DNA of 64,000 nucleotides from a virus (Duplodnaviria > Caudoviricetes): the IMG/VR virus record IMGVR_UViG_3300032038_009890, positions 1-64,000 of that record; one strand, 5' to 3'. The notes under the pieces are model-generated. The model did no database searches, had not been told where the DNA came from, and saw nothing but the letters and a program-made list of their open reading frames with translations. This document shows, one piece after another, positions 28,701 to 40,925 of this stretch (its first letter is position 1; every line of letters starts with the position of its first letter). The position numbers and the translations under genes are program-made.

Positions 28701-31700
28701 CACAGAATATAAGAAGCAAAATGATCTACTTCTTGATCAATATAGACGCTCTAATGAAATCTTTAAAGCACGTACACAGGAAGCCATTGCGGCAAAACAG
28801 ATTTATGAGCAAATCAAAGATAACAAGGATATTGATGAAGAGTATAAAGAAGTCGCTCTCCAAAATGTTTACGAGACCACGTAGAAGGCTGAGGATGCCG
28901 CATTCGAATTAGGTAAACTTAGGTATTCTATTATAGATGACTTAATCGAAAATACCTCAAAATACTTCTCAATAATTGATAGTTACTATAATAATGTTTC
29001 TAGTAATATGCAATCTATAAGGCAATTTGCGGCCGATATCTATGGATTCCAAGCACAAGGATCCTTAATTGGTAGGAATCTTGAACATGAACTTGACTAT
29101 TCCACTGCTCGTATGGACACAATCCGTAGCGAAATTATAAAGATACAAGAGATTGTAAAAGCGGGCGTTGAAAGTGGTGATATTGAAGAGAATAGTCTTA
29201 AATATGCGGAGTACATGAACACCCTTGAAGAGAAGCGCGGGCAATACATCAGTATGGCAAGTACAAAAGCAAATCAGCTGAAAGAGTATTTTAGTATTGC
29301 GAATAATGAGGCCACGGAGCAAATCAATAAATATGCACAAGCTTATCGTGGACTTGAGGCCGTAATGAGCAATATGAGTACCACTGGTCAGCAAAGAGCG
29401 CTTGCAGGAATGGGCTATGATTATTCATTTAGGAATCAAGATATTACTAACTGGAAAGACACAGCTTATGCTTTCGGCGAGACCTACGTTGGGCAAAATC
29501 TTGCCTTGGAGCGTAGTCTTGAGAGAAGTAAGAAGGAACTCGATACTTACCATGAGGCTGTCCTCACCACATATGCAGATCTTCAAAAGGCACGGAATGA
29601 TGAGAGTCTTGGACAGGATGCCGAAATTATGGCAATGCAGGCACATAATACCGCATTAGATAGTTATTATAAGAAACTTGGGCAGACCGCTTCGGAAGAA
29701 ATCAATGATCTGAAGAATATGATAGGTAATGTTGCTACTTATTATAGCGGGTTTATTTCATTTTATGATTCAGTATCTGATAAGGCTGAAAGCACTCGCA
29801 AGACTATAGAGAAATTTAACTCTACTGTAAATGATCAGGGTGTTGTAACCCGTGACGTTAACGGCATTATTGATACTTATAGAACACAGATTGAACAAAA
29901 CAAGCTGTCACAACAAGCACTTTCTAGATCTATAGTAGAGCAAACAAAGTATCTTGATATTATTAAAGATAAGTACGGTGAAGATACTGAAGAATATCGT
30001 GAAGGAGTTATTTCGTTAAATCAGTTATAGAATCAATATGATTCACTTACTATTAAAACAGATGAATTCTATGATGCGATGAGACAAGAAATTGATTTTA
30101 CTCCAATTGATAATGCTATTGCAAGGCTTAAGTAGTTAAATACATCTTTCTCTAATCTCAAGGAACTTATTTTAGACAATGCAAAAATAACAAAGGAAGG
30201 CGCATTCACTGATCTTGGCAAGTTATTTCTAAATATGGATCTGGCAAGCTATAACAATGCAATTAAGAACATGGATGAATTAAAGAAGAAACAGGCTAAG
30301 ATGATCGCAGACTTCCGAACTGATGAATTCTATACAGAAGAAGAGTTTTCTGCTGATATGAATAAAGTCTAGGGAGAAATCCAAGATGTTGCAAAATCCA
30401 TGCTTAGTAATATCCAGTCAATCATAAAGGCCTTGGAAGATAGGCGAAATGCAGAAGTATCATACGAGAAAGAGCTTATTGATGCCTACGAAAAAGAATT
30501 GTCTAAGAAGAAAGAAATGTCTGACTTCGACAAAACTCTTAAGGAAAAGAATAATTCCGTAAAACAAGTAGAGATGCAAATTCGTGCCCTTGAACGCCTG
30601 TTAAAACGGGCATTTTATATTAACTGCGGGAACATCCCCATAACCTTAGTATGCTACAACGTAACTGGAAACGGTAAGCGTGAATGCGGAATATGCTCAT
30701 AGCATTAGATACCATAAAAAATACTAAGTCAGGGACAACCGAGGATGCGAGGTCCTCAGACGCAACGAAGCTCCTAAACCAAATGGCATGGAGAACGCTC
30801 AACGACTATCTCGAGAGAGAGTAGGATTGCAAGCGATTGGCAATTCGAAAGATATAAACTATTTATTGTATTTGAAATACTCGGTATATCTATGTAAATT
30901 TAAATAATACAATAAATAGAAAATATAGTCTAGTCTCATATGAAAATATGAGGGATAATAATCCTTTGTGGTGTAGCGAACCATAGAAAATGTAACGAAA
31001 TGATGCAGAATCTAACGCACAACGTGCAAGACTTCAGGAACAGCTTCAGTCTGCTAAAGATGAGCGTGATAGCACTATCGAAGGTAGAGTTGTAGAGCTT
31101 CGTCAGGAGGCATTCCAGAAAGTATCCGAGGACCTTGATAAGTCCTTAGAGAAATGGACAAAAGACCTTGAAATGAATATGCTTAAACTCCCCGATCTGA
31201 TGACTGTCACTGATCATAACCTCCAAGGATACGAATAGATCGTTAATGGTGCAATGCAGGATTTGCTTGGAATATTTAATGGATTGGATTCTACGACATA
31301 TGCAGGATATAATAAGATTGCTACGGATATGACAAATGCAATTGATCAAAATGCAAAGCAAGATCTTATTGAGAGTCAAAAGATAAATGCCGAACAACAG
31401 AAAAATACAGACCTGACTTAGGCACTTTAGAATCAATTATAGGCGCAAGGTGAACGTCAAAAAGCAGAAGCACAGACGCGCGCCTTGTATCAGGCAGAGA
31501 ATTCAACACAGTATCAGAATACTAATAGTTTGCTGCAATAGATTTTGGAACTTAATAAAATTATGCCAAATGAAGAAATGCTTACACTTAATTTTAATAA
31601 CCTGCTTAAATCCATTAATGGTCAAAGCGCTACAGATGTTATTACTGGAATGAAAGAAAGCAGAGAATCTGTTGTAAATGATATTAAATCTTTCTTAAAT

Positions 31701-33620
31701 GATGATAAGAATGCACTGAATTTAGCTTTAACTAATACCAAGGTCAAAATCGATTCTGTAATAACGAAGATGACCGAGGCCAACAATAAGATTCCTGATC
31801 AATTAGATGACATACTTAATAATGGATTTGACAAAATGGCTAACGATGTTACGCTTCAACTAAATCAATCGAATGATACTATAGTTCCAATGATAAGTGA
31901 TGTTATTCTTGCTTTGTACGGAATTAAACATGCGGCAAGTAAGATCATTCCAGCAAAAATTGAAGGCGTGTTTGACACAGGAAGAAATTCAATAAATCAT
32001 ATGTCAAATGATACCCGAAATGATAAAATAGCAGATGGTGCGTATGTTGATCGTTCTAACAATGATGAAATTACTCTTGATGATAGAAAAAGAACTGGTT
32101 CATACAATAATGTGCCAGAAGGATTTGCGCCACCAGAACCAACTAATAACGCGAATTACAATCAGCCAACTCCCACAATAACTTCACAGCAAGTAAATGG
32201 AGGCACAAAAATAACTATCAATCTGCGCGGAAACAGTGGTGGTGACAATACATTAAAAGCTATCGCAGATGTTAATGGATATAATACCAGTCTTAATTCA
32301 GTAGCTCCCAAAATTGATAGAAGGTTAATGAATGCCTTTAATGCGGCCGGATTGAAGGTAACAGTTACTGATGATAATTTTGGTGGCGAGGGAGTATTTA
32401 GCAGGAAAGATGGTGGTTTGGTTCTTAGATCAGAACATACAAATGATGGTACAGCATATCATGAACTTGGGCATTTCCTTGCTGATATTGCAGGTGTCAC
32501 TCGAAGTGATATGAAAGATGTATACGACAAAGAAAGAGAGAAATTCTTTGGAACATTTTATATGTATGCAAACTCTAGTGCATCAGAATTTTTTGGCGAG
32601 TCTATGAAACTTTTCACAGAGAACAACGATAGGATGAAGAAAGAGATGCCGCAAACATATGCATTGATTGAAAAGGCATTGAATTCTATCAATGAAGAGA
32701 AAATCAAATCTTATAAAGCTAAAGTTGCAGGTGGCTATGCAAGTGGTACATCTCGTGCGTCTAGGGGTGTTCATAAAGTAAATGAGAATGGTCTAGAAAC
32801 ATTCGTAACCAAGTCTGGAACCTATATGCCATTTAGTGGTGGCGAGGGTGTAATTCCCGCAAAGGAAACCGCAAGATTAACCTCTCTTGTTGAAATGATT
32901 AATTCTTATGCATTCTCGGATGATATTCAAGGAATGTCGCAAGATGTCGAAACTCTTAAGAAGGCCCAGATCATGCAGATAGAACAGCTTAAGATGGGAT
33001 TATAGAATTCTGATATAACGATGGATGAAATCGCTGAAATACAAAGTAGTATAATTGATCTTGAAAAAGCGGTTGATCAAACACTTAAGAATCTGGCGGA
33101 CGCACAAGAACGTCAATACGCCGAAGAGGCACTCGCGCGACATACTAGTCTTATGAATCAGATCGAAAGTGATGCTCGTACTATTAAATATATGAATGCA
33201 ATATTTGTTCCGCTTGAAGTATTATCTGATTATGCGAATTAGGAAAAAGATATTCAATTAAAAGAGCTTGATGTAAACTATCAAATTCTTGGTCAAATCA
33301 CAGAAAGCGTCAAGTAGATACAAGAAATAAATAGTTCTTTTGAGCAAGGGTTATTTAAGCCACAAATGCCTGATATGAGTGGATATTTGATTCCAGAGAC
33401 TTTATCTGACTCTTCTGCTTCAAGCAATAGTGGTGATATATATATTGATTCCTTAATCACCATTAATGGTAAAGTTGATGATTCGGTAGTAGGGGATATT
33501 AAAGATATTGCTCAATAGCTTGTCCAATATAGAAAATTCCAAGAAAACATTACTGCAATAGTGAGTAAGAGGCAAGCACAAGATCGCAAAATGGCGGGAG
33601 AACGGGTGCTTGTTAAGTAA
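1711..33620 (+). CDS. giant tape measure protein, ~10,136 aa, TAG=Gln; exons 1711-10239, 10494-10906, 11303-11306, 11758-30599, 30998-33620
   Basis: ORF-track fragments share one frame within each exon and are separated by TAG (~50). TP901-type TMP core (ELDSAMTNLRKV...VDILNEIG|NNYAVSS...LELMA|G|KNRAQ) is restored by splicing. Spliced length is 30,411 nt = 10,137 codons. Ends TAA, then a hairpin, then the Dit gene. Confidence 0.9.
10240..10493 (+). ncRNA. group I intron 1 in TMP (254 nt, no ORF)
   Basis: 5' exon ends in U10239 and intron ends in G10493. IGS ATTGCCGA pairs with the ligated junction TCGGT|AAT with a U.G pair. P7 is GACTG(10340-44)/CAGTC(10401-05). Removal restores EIG-NNYAVSS. 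Confidence 0.9.
10907..11302 (+). ncRNA. group I intron 2 in TMP (396 nt, no ORF; C-G pair at the 5' splice site)
   Basis: IGS GCTTGCCAT (10912-10920) pairs over 9 nt with the ligated ATGGC|AGGT. P4 is TTGCAG/CTGCAA; variant P7 is GGCCA(11089-93)/TGGTC(11228-32); terminal G11302. Confidence 0.82.
11303..11306 (+). other. 4-nt micro-exon (AGGT) of the TMP gene
   Basis: Needed to keep the frame and rebuild ATG GC|A GGT|AAG AAT CGG GCT TAG = MAGKNRAQ; preceded by an intron-terminal G and ends in U. Confidence 0.8.
11307..11757 (+). ncRNA. group I intron 3 in TMP (451 nt, no ORF)
   Basis: P1 GAGGT/GCCTC with U.G at U11306; IGS also pairs with 3' exon AAGA; P7 GACTA(11510-14)/TAGTC(11666-70); terminal G11757; downstream exon in frame with ORF 11872. 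Confidence 0.9.
15050..21300 (+). repeat. degenerate ~105-aa protein repeats within TMP
   Basis: Recurring [LQK]P[ILF]xxL motifs (e.g. 15691, 16312, 17368, 18001, 18658, 18982, 19285, 19609, 20263) and TxxDY motifs, spaced at multiples of ~315 nt. Confidence 0.65.
24235..30130 (+). repeat. about seven degenerate ~250-350-aa protein repeats within TMP
   Basis: Unit starts LPFEE, LPNEV, IPDKK, QPKNY, FPEKE, VPSGV, IANNE, TPIDN, mostly 740-810 nt apart; most units contain a YY/YF motif and a GxIxxxDxEY-like motif. Confidence 0.65.
30600..30997 (+). ncRNA. group I intron 4 in TMP (398 nt, no ORF)
   Basis: P1 GCCT|G...CGGGC with U30599.G; P element AACTGCGGGAA; R CTCAACGACTA (P7 30804-08); S ATATAGTC (30926-30); terminal G30997. 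Removal gives LERL-NDAESNAQRARLQ and explains the frame change. Confidence 0.88.
32290..32700 (+). other. zinc metallopeptidase domain (ATLF/PPEP-1-like) within the TMP C-terminus
   Basis: AYHELGH (HExxH at 32460-32474), then YANSSASEFFGE and MKKEMPQTYALI, the pattern of the anthrax-lethal-factor/Pro-Pro endopeptidase family. Confidence 0.75.
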
Positions 33621-33628
33621 TAATTATG

Positions 33629-33659
33629 TGGGGGGTCTCTTAGGAGGCTCCCTATTTTT
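33629..33659 (+). terminator. intrinsic terminator or stem-loop after TMP
   Basis: TGGGGGGTCTC-ttag-GAGGCTCCCTA followed by TTTTT. Confidence 0.65.
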
Positions 33660-33680
33660 AAAGAAAGGGGGAAATAAAAC

Positions 33681-34649
33681 TTGGCATATTTTGAATATAA
33701 CGGAAAGACAACTGATAATATAATCTCAACCCCACTTATATTAGTTGTTCAAGATGGATTAGATGAAATAGTAACTACCAGAAGTAAAATAGAGGGGGAG
33801 AGAACCATATCCCGATATGTGACAAATGAGTATGGCACTATATATGACTCTCTTTCTTTTCAGATAACTTTAATGAAAGACCAATTTAAGCCACCAGCAA
33901 TGACCGAATAGATCACAGAAGATATGACACAAGAACAAATTCAAGAGGTATATAGACGCTATAATGAACGGGTTGATCGATTATACGAGCAATTTTAGGA
34001 TACGTTTACAACTGACGAACAAATTACCATAGAACGGTGGTTACTATCTCCAAAGTATTCGCAAGAATTAATGATGGTGAATTGTGATAATGAATATTAT
34101 TGGTATTTAGGATTGTTTACTAGCGTAGAATGGGATATTGCAAATAATGGATATATGTTCTGCAAAGCCACATTTTAGGTTAATGGTGCTTATCCATTTA
34201 AACATAATTCTTGGGGTTTTTAGAGTGAAAACACTGGTACTGAAACAACTAGCGAACATACTTTGACTTGTGACTCTCATGAAATAGAAGAATATATTTA
34301 TCCTTATATTAGAATTATACCATATGAATCCACTGGTTCGAACGATCAAACAATTACTATTGTAAATTTGACTGATGATGCGAATAGAGTATTTAAAGTA
34401 TAGAATCATGGCACAAATATTATGGAGATCGACTGCAATGGTTGTGGTATTTATCAATCTTATGAAGATGGTGGCAATTATAAGATAACAAAACAATATA
34501 AATTCTCCGAAGTTGGTTTAGGAACAAATAATACAATATACTGGCCTAGGATTGTAAGTGGAAAGAATACCATTAGGATCACAGCAAATGCTAGAATATA
34601 CTTCTTATTTAATACTCCGTTTAAAAAGGCAGGTGGTTGGTTAGCATGA
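33681..34649 (+). CDS. distal tail protein (Dit-like), 322 aa (TAG=Gln)
   Basis: TTG start; single frame through TAGs to TGA; directly after TMP; N-terminal YFEYNGK and C-terminal WPRIVSGKNTIRI are typical of Dit. Confidence 0.8.
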
Positions 34650-37600
34650 TACCTGAAAACAAACATATTTATTTAGTCTAGCCCGATTTAACCAACAGAT
34701 GTATTTTAAATGGCGTTTAGGTTGAATCAGTGGATTTCCATGCACAAGTAAAAGGATATTCAGAATTATCATTTGTCGTAGATGAATACGTATTGGTTAA
34801 CGGATAGTTAATTAAATCAAGCGGATATGATGATCTGAAGCCTTCAATGTATTTGTATCTTGAAGACATTGGATATTTTATTATGGAAACGCCAGAAATA
34901 GAAAATGATGGTAATAGAGAAACGAAATCTATAGTTGCATATTCTGCTGAAAAGGAATTTGAATATAAGGATTGGCGTGGAATTAAGATTAATTGCGGTA
35001 CAACTGATTCTCTTGAATATTCAAATACAGATGATTCGAATAAGGACGATACGTATTTTCATTATGCAATTGAATATGTTTCTATGCTAGATACTCAACA
35101 TCCAGAATTGTCGTTCCTACACTTAATATTAGACAAGGTTTCTTCTAAATGGAATATTCAATATGTTTCACCTAAACTAACTGCACATACTGTGGAAAGC
35201 ATTGAAAATTCACCTACTTTTGAATTAAGAAATGATGATACTGCAACAACGTAGATGAAACTTGCCGAGATTCGCTCCATTATCTATAACAACATACGCA
35301 CACATCGTGCAGAAGCGTTTCGAGTTATAGATGGTTATGATACTGGTGTGTTTGGAAATATTGATTTAAATAATCGACAGAAGATTATATGGACCTAGCA
35401 GAATCTTAATAAATATCCTTATGCGGCTTCATAGGCGAATGCTGAGCTAGGAATGGTTTCTACTGTTTGTGGATCGTGGCAAAACTATAGAAATTATGGG
35501 ATTTCAGTCGCTTTCTCTCCTCTTCTTTAGATAGAAAATGAATCCGAACCTGTATTACTAGAAAAAGCAAACGTATTTACTTATTTAGATCGATTAGTTG
35601 AAGAAGCTAGAAATCTTAATGAAGATGTTCTTTCAAATATCTTAGAACTTGATGTAAAAGGATTTCCTGATATAACAGATCAATTTGGTCATGTTATAAA
35701 GCAATTAATTGCCGGGGTTTCTGCAGACATTACGGCTGGTAATAGTGCAGACATTATAGCATCTGTAATGCATTATCGTGAAACAAGTGAAGATGATGTC
35801 GCGCTAAATGATTATATTTATCCATATATCTTAAATTGTTTTTCTTAGGAAAATATTGGGTATACTGATTATTCAAAACTTCCTGCAATTGATGTAGATA
35901 ATGAAAACCTTTATGCTATTATGACCAGCGAAGTTGCGCCAAGAATGTCGTGTATCTTTGTTTTTGACTATCTCAATTTTGGTATTCGCGTTTATTACAA
36001 AGACGAATTAGATTTTGATACTGGTATATTTGTAGGATTTCATAATCTTGAAAATAATTTGAGTGTGTCAGTAGATACGGATTCTATATTTACTAGATTT
36101 ACTGTAGAAGGGGATGGAGGATTAGAATTCCGAGATTATAACTACGGTGATAATACAATTATAAATTTAGATTATTTCTTAAATGAGCCGTATATGGAAG
36201 AATCTACAGTAAATAAAATTGAATCATGGTTACGAATGCGGGATACATATCGAACTGATTATACAAATCTTGCTTTGAAATATGACAGTCTATTAGAAAA
36301 GAGAGATGAACGCCAAACAAGGGAACCTTCAGACGCTTCTTACTGGACCACTTGGGATAATATGAATGTGGACTAGTTAGATAAATATTTAAAATATTTT
36401 GAAGATGAATTAACTTTGTTGCAGTAGTCCGTTGATGATAGAGACCCAAGTGAATGGTATGATACAGATGGCAATTATATTCCTATTACAAAAAATGGCG
36501 AGGTTGATCACGAGTTATATAAGAATAGATTATATCTGCGAGTAAATAGGTATGGTGGTTATTATACATATTGTGAAATCATTGAATATATTATTCCATA
36601 TATAAAATTAGCAAAGAAGAATGCTTATGTTATAGATGATGAAAAGCTTAAACCAGATACAGAAATAAATGAAAATTGGGAAATGTATGGACTATACTGG
36701 CTAGAAGGGACTCCAGAAGGAACCAAGGGATTTCTTGAGTAGTATCAACAAGAGATGGAAACACTCAGTAAATATTCAAAAAGTTGGACGGAAATGTCTC
36801 TTGATGAGAAAAAGGAAGCGGGACTAAACAATATAATCGATATAACTGCCCCATTAGCCGATCAGATAGCGCAATACGAAGAAATTCCGGAGCGTAAGAA
36901 ATATGTTCACTTAAAAGAGCAGGTCGGCGACGAGGATACTCCCGGCACGATTGTCTATCAGATCAAAAAACTTACAGAAGAGATAAAGGAAATTAATCAA
37001 CAATTAGATGAATTATTAGAACATACAAATGAATATGCAACACTGATGAGATATAATGTCACAGAAGATGAACTCGATGCTCTTTATATTCTTCCTTCTA
37101 TATTAATATAGGAGAGGAAATAGCAACTGCTAAACGAAACAGAGTTATTGGCATTTGAGACATTAATTAAAGATACAGATTATCAGAATTCAAATATTGT
37201 TTATACTAGTATTATGTCTATATCTGATAAGTTTTATCAAGAAAAATATCTATATGATGATGCGACAGACAAATTATCAGAAGTTTCACAACCACAATAT
37301 TAGTTTTCTGTGCAATTAGATAACTTTTTCAGATTACCTGATTATGCAATGTGGGTCGAAGAATTTCTTCCAGATGCATATGACCCTGTGCCGATTGGCC
37401 TTCTTAAGTTTATCCGTGTCGAAGTGCGCAGAGATTATAATGTAAAGCTTCGCGTTATAGGATATAGGTGGAACCCGTGCGAGGTAACACCAGAACTTAC
37501 TTTGGAATTTAGTAATTTCATAGTTGGTAGGTCTGGGCGTAGTGACCTGACAGAACTTTTAGAACTATCGAATTATCGTGGCTCAAAGAATAGTATCAAG

Positions 37601-39127
37601 ATAGGTAATGGTGGCACATAGAGCGAAGAAGAATATGTCATGGCCTTAATGGATATTCTTAAAGGTAATAGCCTGTTTCAGCGGACAGTCGCGAACATCG
37701 CAGGAGGAGTTACAGGCGGAACGAATGTCGAAATCGTAAGATCAATTATTGGAGATTATCTTGGTAATTATACTATTCAAACAGGCGGAACAGCTTCGTT
37801 AGATGATGTAACAGATGAAGAACTAGCAGGAAGAATCGCAGATTTTGAGAAGGGCTATTTTGATCAGATCGTTGCAAATTATATAACTACTCAGGATATC
37901 CATGCAGAGTCTGGTTCATTCAAAGACTTATCTGCTATGATTATCTAGGCACAGAAAGGATATTTTGATAGTCTTACAGCTAAGAGCGTGACAGCAGACG
38001 CAGTAAGGACTGTTCTACTTGAGGCAACTAAAGCTGAGATTGAAACATTGGTCAGTGATGACATTATAGCAAATACTCTTAATACTTTTGCGTCAAATGC
38101 TGTAACAAGCACGGTGAATACGCAATTCGTAAAAGACTTAATCGCGGGACAAATCTCTGTCGGTGATCTTGCGGCAGGTGATATTATTATTTCAGAGAAT
38201 CTCAGGATTATCTCTGATAATGGACGGATGATAATGGACGGAACCGCCCTTCAAATCATGGGCAAAACAGCATCTGGAGAAGAATATACAGGAATATAGC
38301 TTGGATATGATACGAATAATAACCCAAGCTTGATAATTAGGAACGAAAACAATGCTGTTATTCTTGACCCGAATGGAATTACAGAGAATGCAATCGCAGA
38401 TCAGCTTATTAGGAACAGTATGATAAAGGACGGAACATTGGGAAAAGAGAAACTAGGGTTTACGATTATTGAGCCAAATGACCAAGGCGGCATTGATATT
38501 ACTCAATTATATGATGGAGAAGGAAATTTATGGGGTCAGTAGTACGCGTCTTTTAAGAATGAAGTGACCCAGTTTATTGAAGATATGGCGTATGTTGGCG
38601 CGTCTGTTGAGCTTCACGGTCAGCAAGTGTTTGTTGAAAGAGAGGGGACGATTTCGCCAGATAATATTACTCTTAAGGCGGAAGTAAAACATGCAACGAT
38701 AGACAAGTGGTTTATAGATGATGTAGAAGATACGATTCATTTGAATGCTTCTAAAGATTAGATTACTATCCCCTCTTCTCTGATTGATGGCAAGAAAACT
38801 CTTACTGTTAGAGTGCAATGTGCAGAGAACAATGTGTATGACATTATGACTCTTTACAGAGTGAGCGATGGAGAATCCACGTATACAATTATTTTATCAT
38901 CATCTAAAGGAGAGTTATTCAAAGAAGATGATACAACTTCAGTAACTTGTACGGTTTATTATGGTTCCAATATTGTCACGGCAAAGAAGTATTATTGGAC
39001 AATAACTGTTACAAATGGTGATGAAGAAATTATTCACACAGAAGAAACAACTACGAACGTTCTTGAAAACATCCCAATCAATTCACAAAACCTAATTGTA
39101 AATGTGCAATGTGATGTGGAAATCTAA
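34646..39127 (+). CDS. tail hub/Tal-like protein, 1493 aa (TAG=Gln)
   Basis: ATGA overlap with Dit; nine ORF-track fragments in one frame joined by TAG; ends TAA; SELSFVVDEY and TRFTVEG motifs; position after Dit. Confidence 0.8.
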
Positions 39128-39139
39128 GGAGGTGATATA

Positions 39140-40228
39140 TTGCGTATTAGTTCAACACCGCTAACATTGGCGCGAATTAACGATGGTTAGCAAGGTATTC
39201 CGGGCGAAAATTCCTATATATGGATAAAATTTGCCACATAGGATGATTATTCAGATATTACGGATAACCCAACAAACGCCATATATATGGGTACTGCATA
39301 CGGAAAATCAGAGGAACAAGAGTCAAATAATCCGAATGATTACAAATGGGTAAAAATTCGGGGAGATGACGGAGAACCATCTTACACTGTAATCTTGGAT
39401 AATGAAAACGTAACATTTGTTACGGACGAAGGAAATATGCCGATTGAGGATTAGGCCTACCCTCTTAACTTTATAATTTTTAAAGGCACTGAACAAATAA
39501 CAGATTATAAGATATTATATAACAAAATTACTGTTCCGGATGGATTGTTTTTAAAAGAGCAGAGCGAAGAAGGATAGATGACTGTCTATTGCACACTCGG
39601 CACTCGTATATTAAATAACTACGGTACTATTGAAATACCGCTACTTTTGTTTGATACTATCCCAATAACTAAGGTATTTTCTTATACGATTAGCAGATCA
39701 TCTGAAGTAGTCAAATATACTTGGTTTAAATATTCTAAGTATAATAATCCATCTAAAGAAGAGATGTTTGATGAAACATCGCCAGAGATGCAATATATTG
39801 GTGTTGCTTATAATAAGGACATTTTCACACCTTCTGATGATCCCGATGACTACGAATGGCTCCCAATGAACAACAAGGGAGATTATGGTGTAAAGGTTGA
39901 TATACTTTATTATATGTCTTTATATAATACTGTAGACAATATTCCATTACCACAAGATGAGTATGAACTACTTAATGTTCAATCAGGCGTAGTCTCTGTT
40001 CTTTAGGGAAACATTGCATTTGGTCATATTGGATGGAGTACGACAAAACCAGAACAAGAAGATGGATATTATTTGTGGTGTGCTATTTGTGTAACTATGA
40101 ATGATGGTCAATATTACTTATTTGGTTAGCCGGTTCTTCTTAATGAGTGGCAACAGCGCAAAATTGGCGGAACACAATTAATTAGGAATTCTAAGACATT
40201 GATAGATTCTAGAATCTATTGGTTTTAA
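39140..40228 (+). CDS. minor tail protein, 362 aa (TAG=Gln)
   Basis: GGAGGTG RBS and TTG start; two copies of a YxWxK[FY]...Y[MI]GxAY...SxxPxDYxW module typical of Firmicute phage tail/antireceptor proteins; TAA stop. Confidence 0.75.
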
Positions 40229-40257
40229 ATTATTTATGAGAAAAAGGAGAATTAATT

Positions 40258-40662
40258 ATGAAAGCAACTATATCTTATTATGTAGCAATTAGTCTGTTAA
40301 ACGAATTAAATAAGTATTCATTCATTACTGGTAAACTTGGGTTTGCCATTTCAAGGACCAAGAATGTATTAAGGAACGAAGTCTAGATTTTTAATGAAGA
40401 AAGAAATAAATTATTGCAGAAATACGGTAAACTAGACGAAAACGGTAATTATTTTGTTGACGAAAAAGATGAAAACTTTGCTGCATTTAATGATGAAATT
40501 ATTCCTCTTGTAGAAACAAAATTTGAAATGAATATATATCAGGTTACGCAAGAAGAATTTGATAAAGCAGATATTTATAATGAGTCGTTGTCTGTCGAGG
40601 ATTATGATAGATTACAGGCTTTATTTATAGAACGAGTAGTAAAATAGGAAGAGACGGTCTAA
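40258..40662 (+). CDS. hypothetical tail-associated protein, 134 aa (TAG=Gln)
   Basis: AAGGAG RBS; frame open through two TAGs to TAA. Confidence 0.7.
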
Positions 40663-40693
40663 GTCAGTTGCCTAAAAGTGAGGTGAGTTGACA

Positions 40694-40903
40694 ATGGCAG
40701 AAATTTTTAATCCGCAAAATGCGAATCAGCTTTCATAGCTAACTGAGATAGATAACACCAAAAGTTTTATCGTTGTAGACAAAGCAGATAACAAAGGATA
40801 TCTTTTGGATTATAACAAATTAGCTGATGTGCTGTTTAGTAAATTATTTAGCAACACAATGCAAGAAGATTCTTTAAAATTTTATTTTATAGAAGACGAG
40901 TGA
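40694..40903 (+). CDS. hypothetical protein, 69 aa (TAG=Gln)
   Basis: GAGGTG RBS; one TAG at codon 15; TGA stop; fills the gap between neighbours. Confidence 0.65.
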
Positions 40904-40925
40904 TTATGAAGGGAGGTGAATTTTA

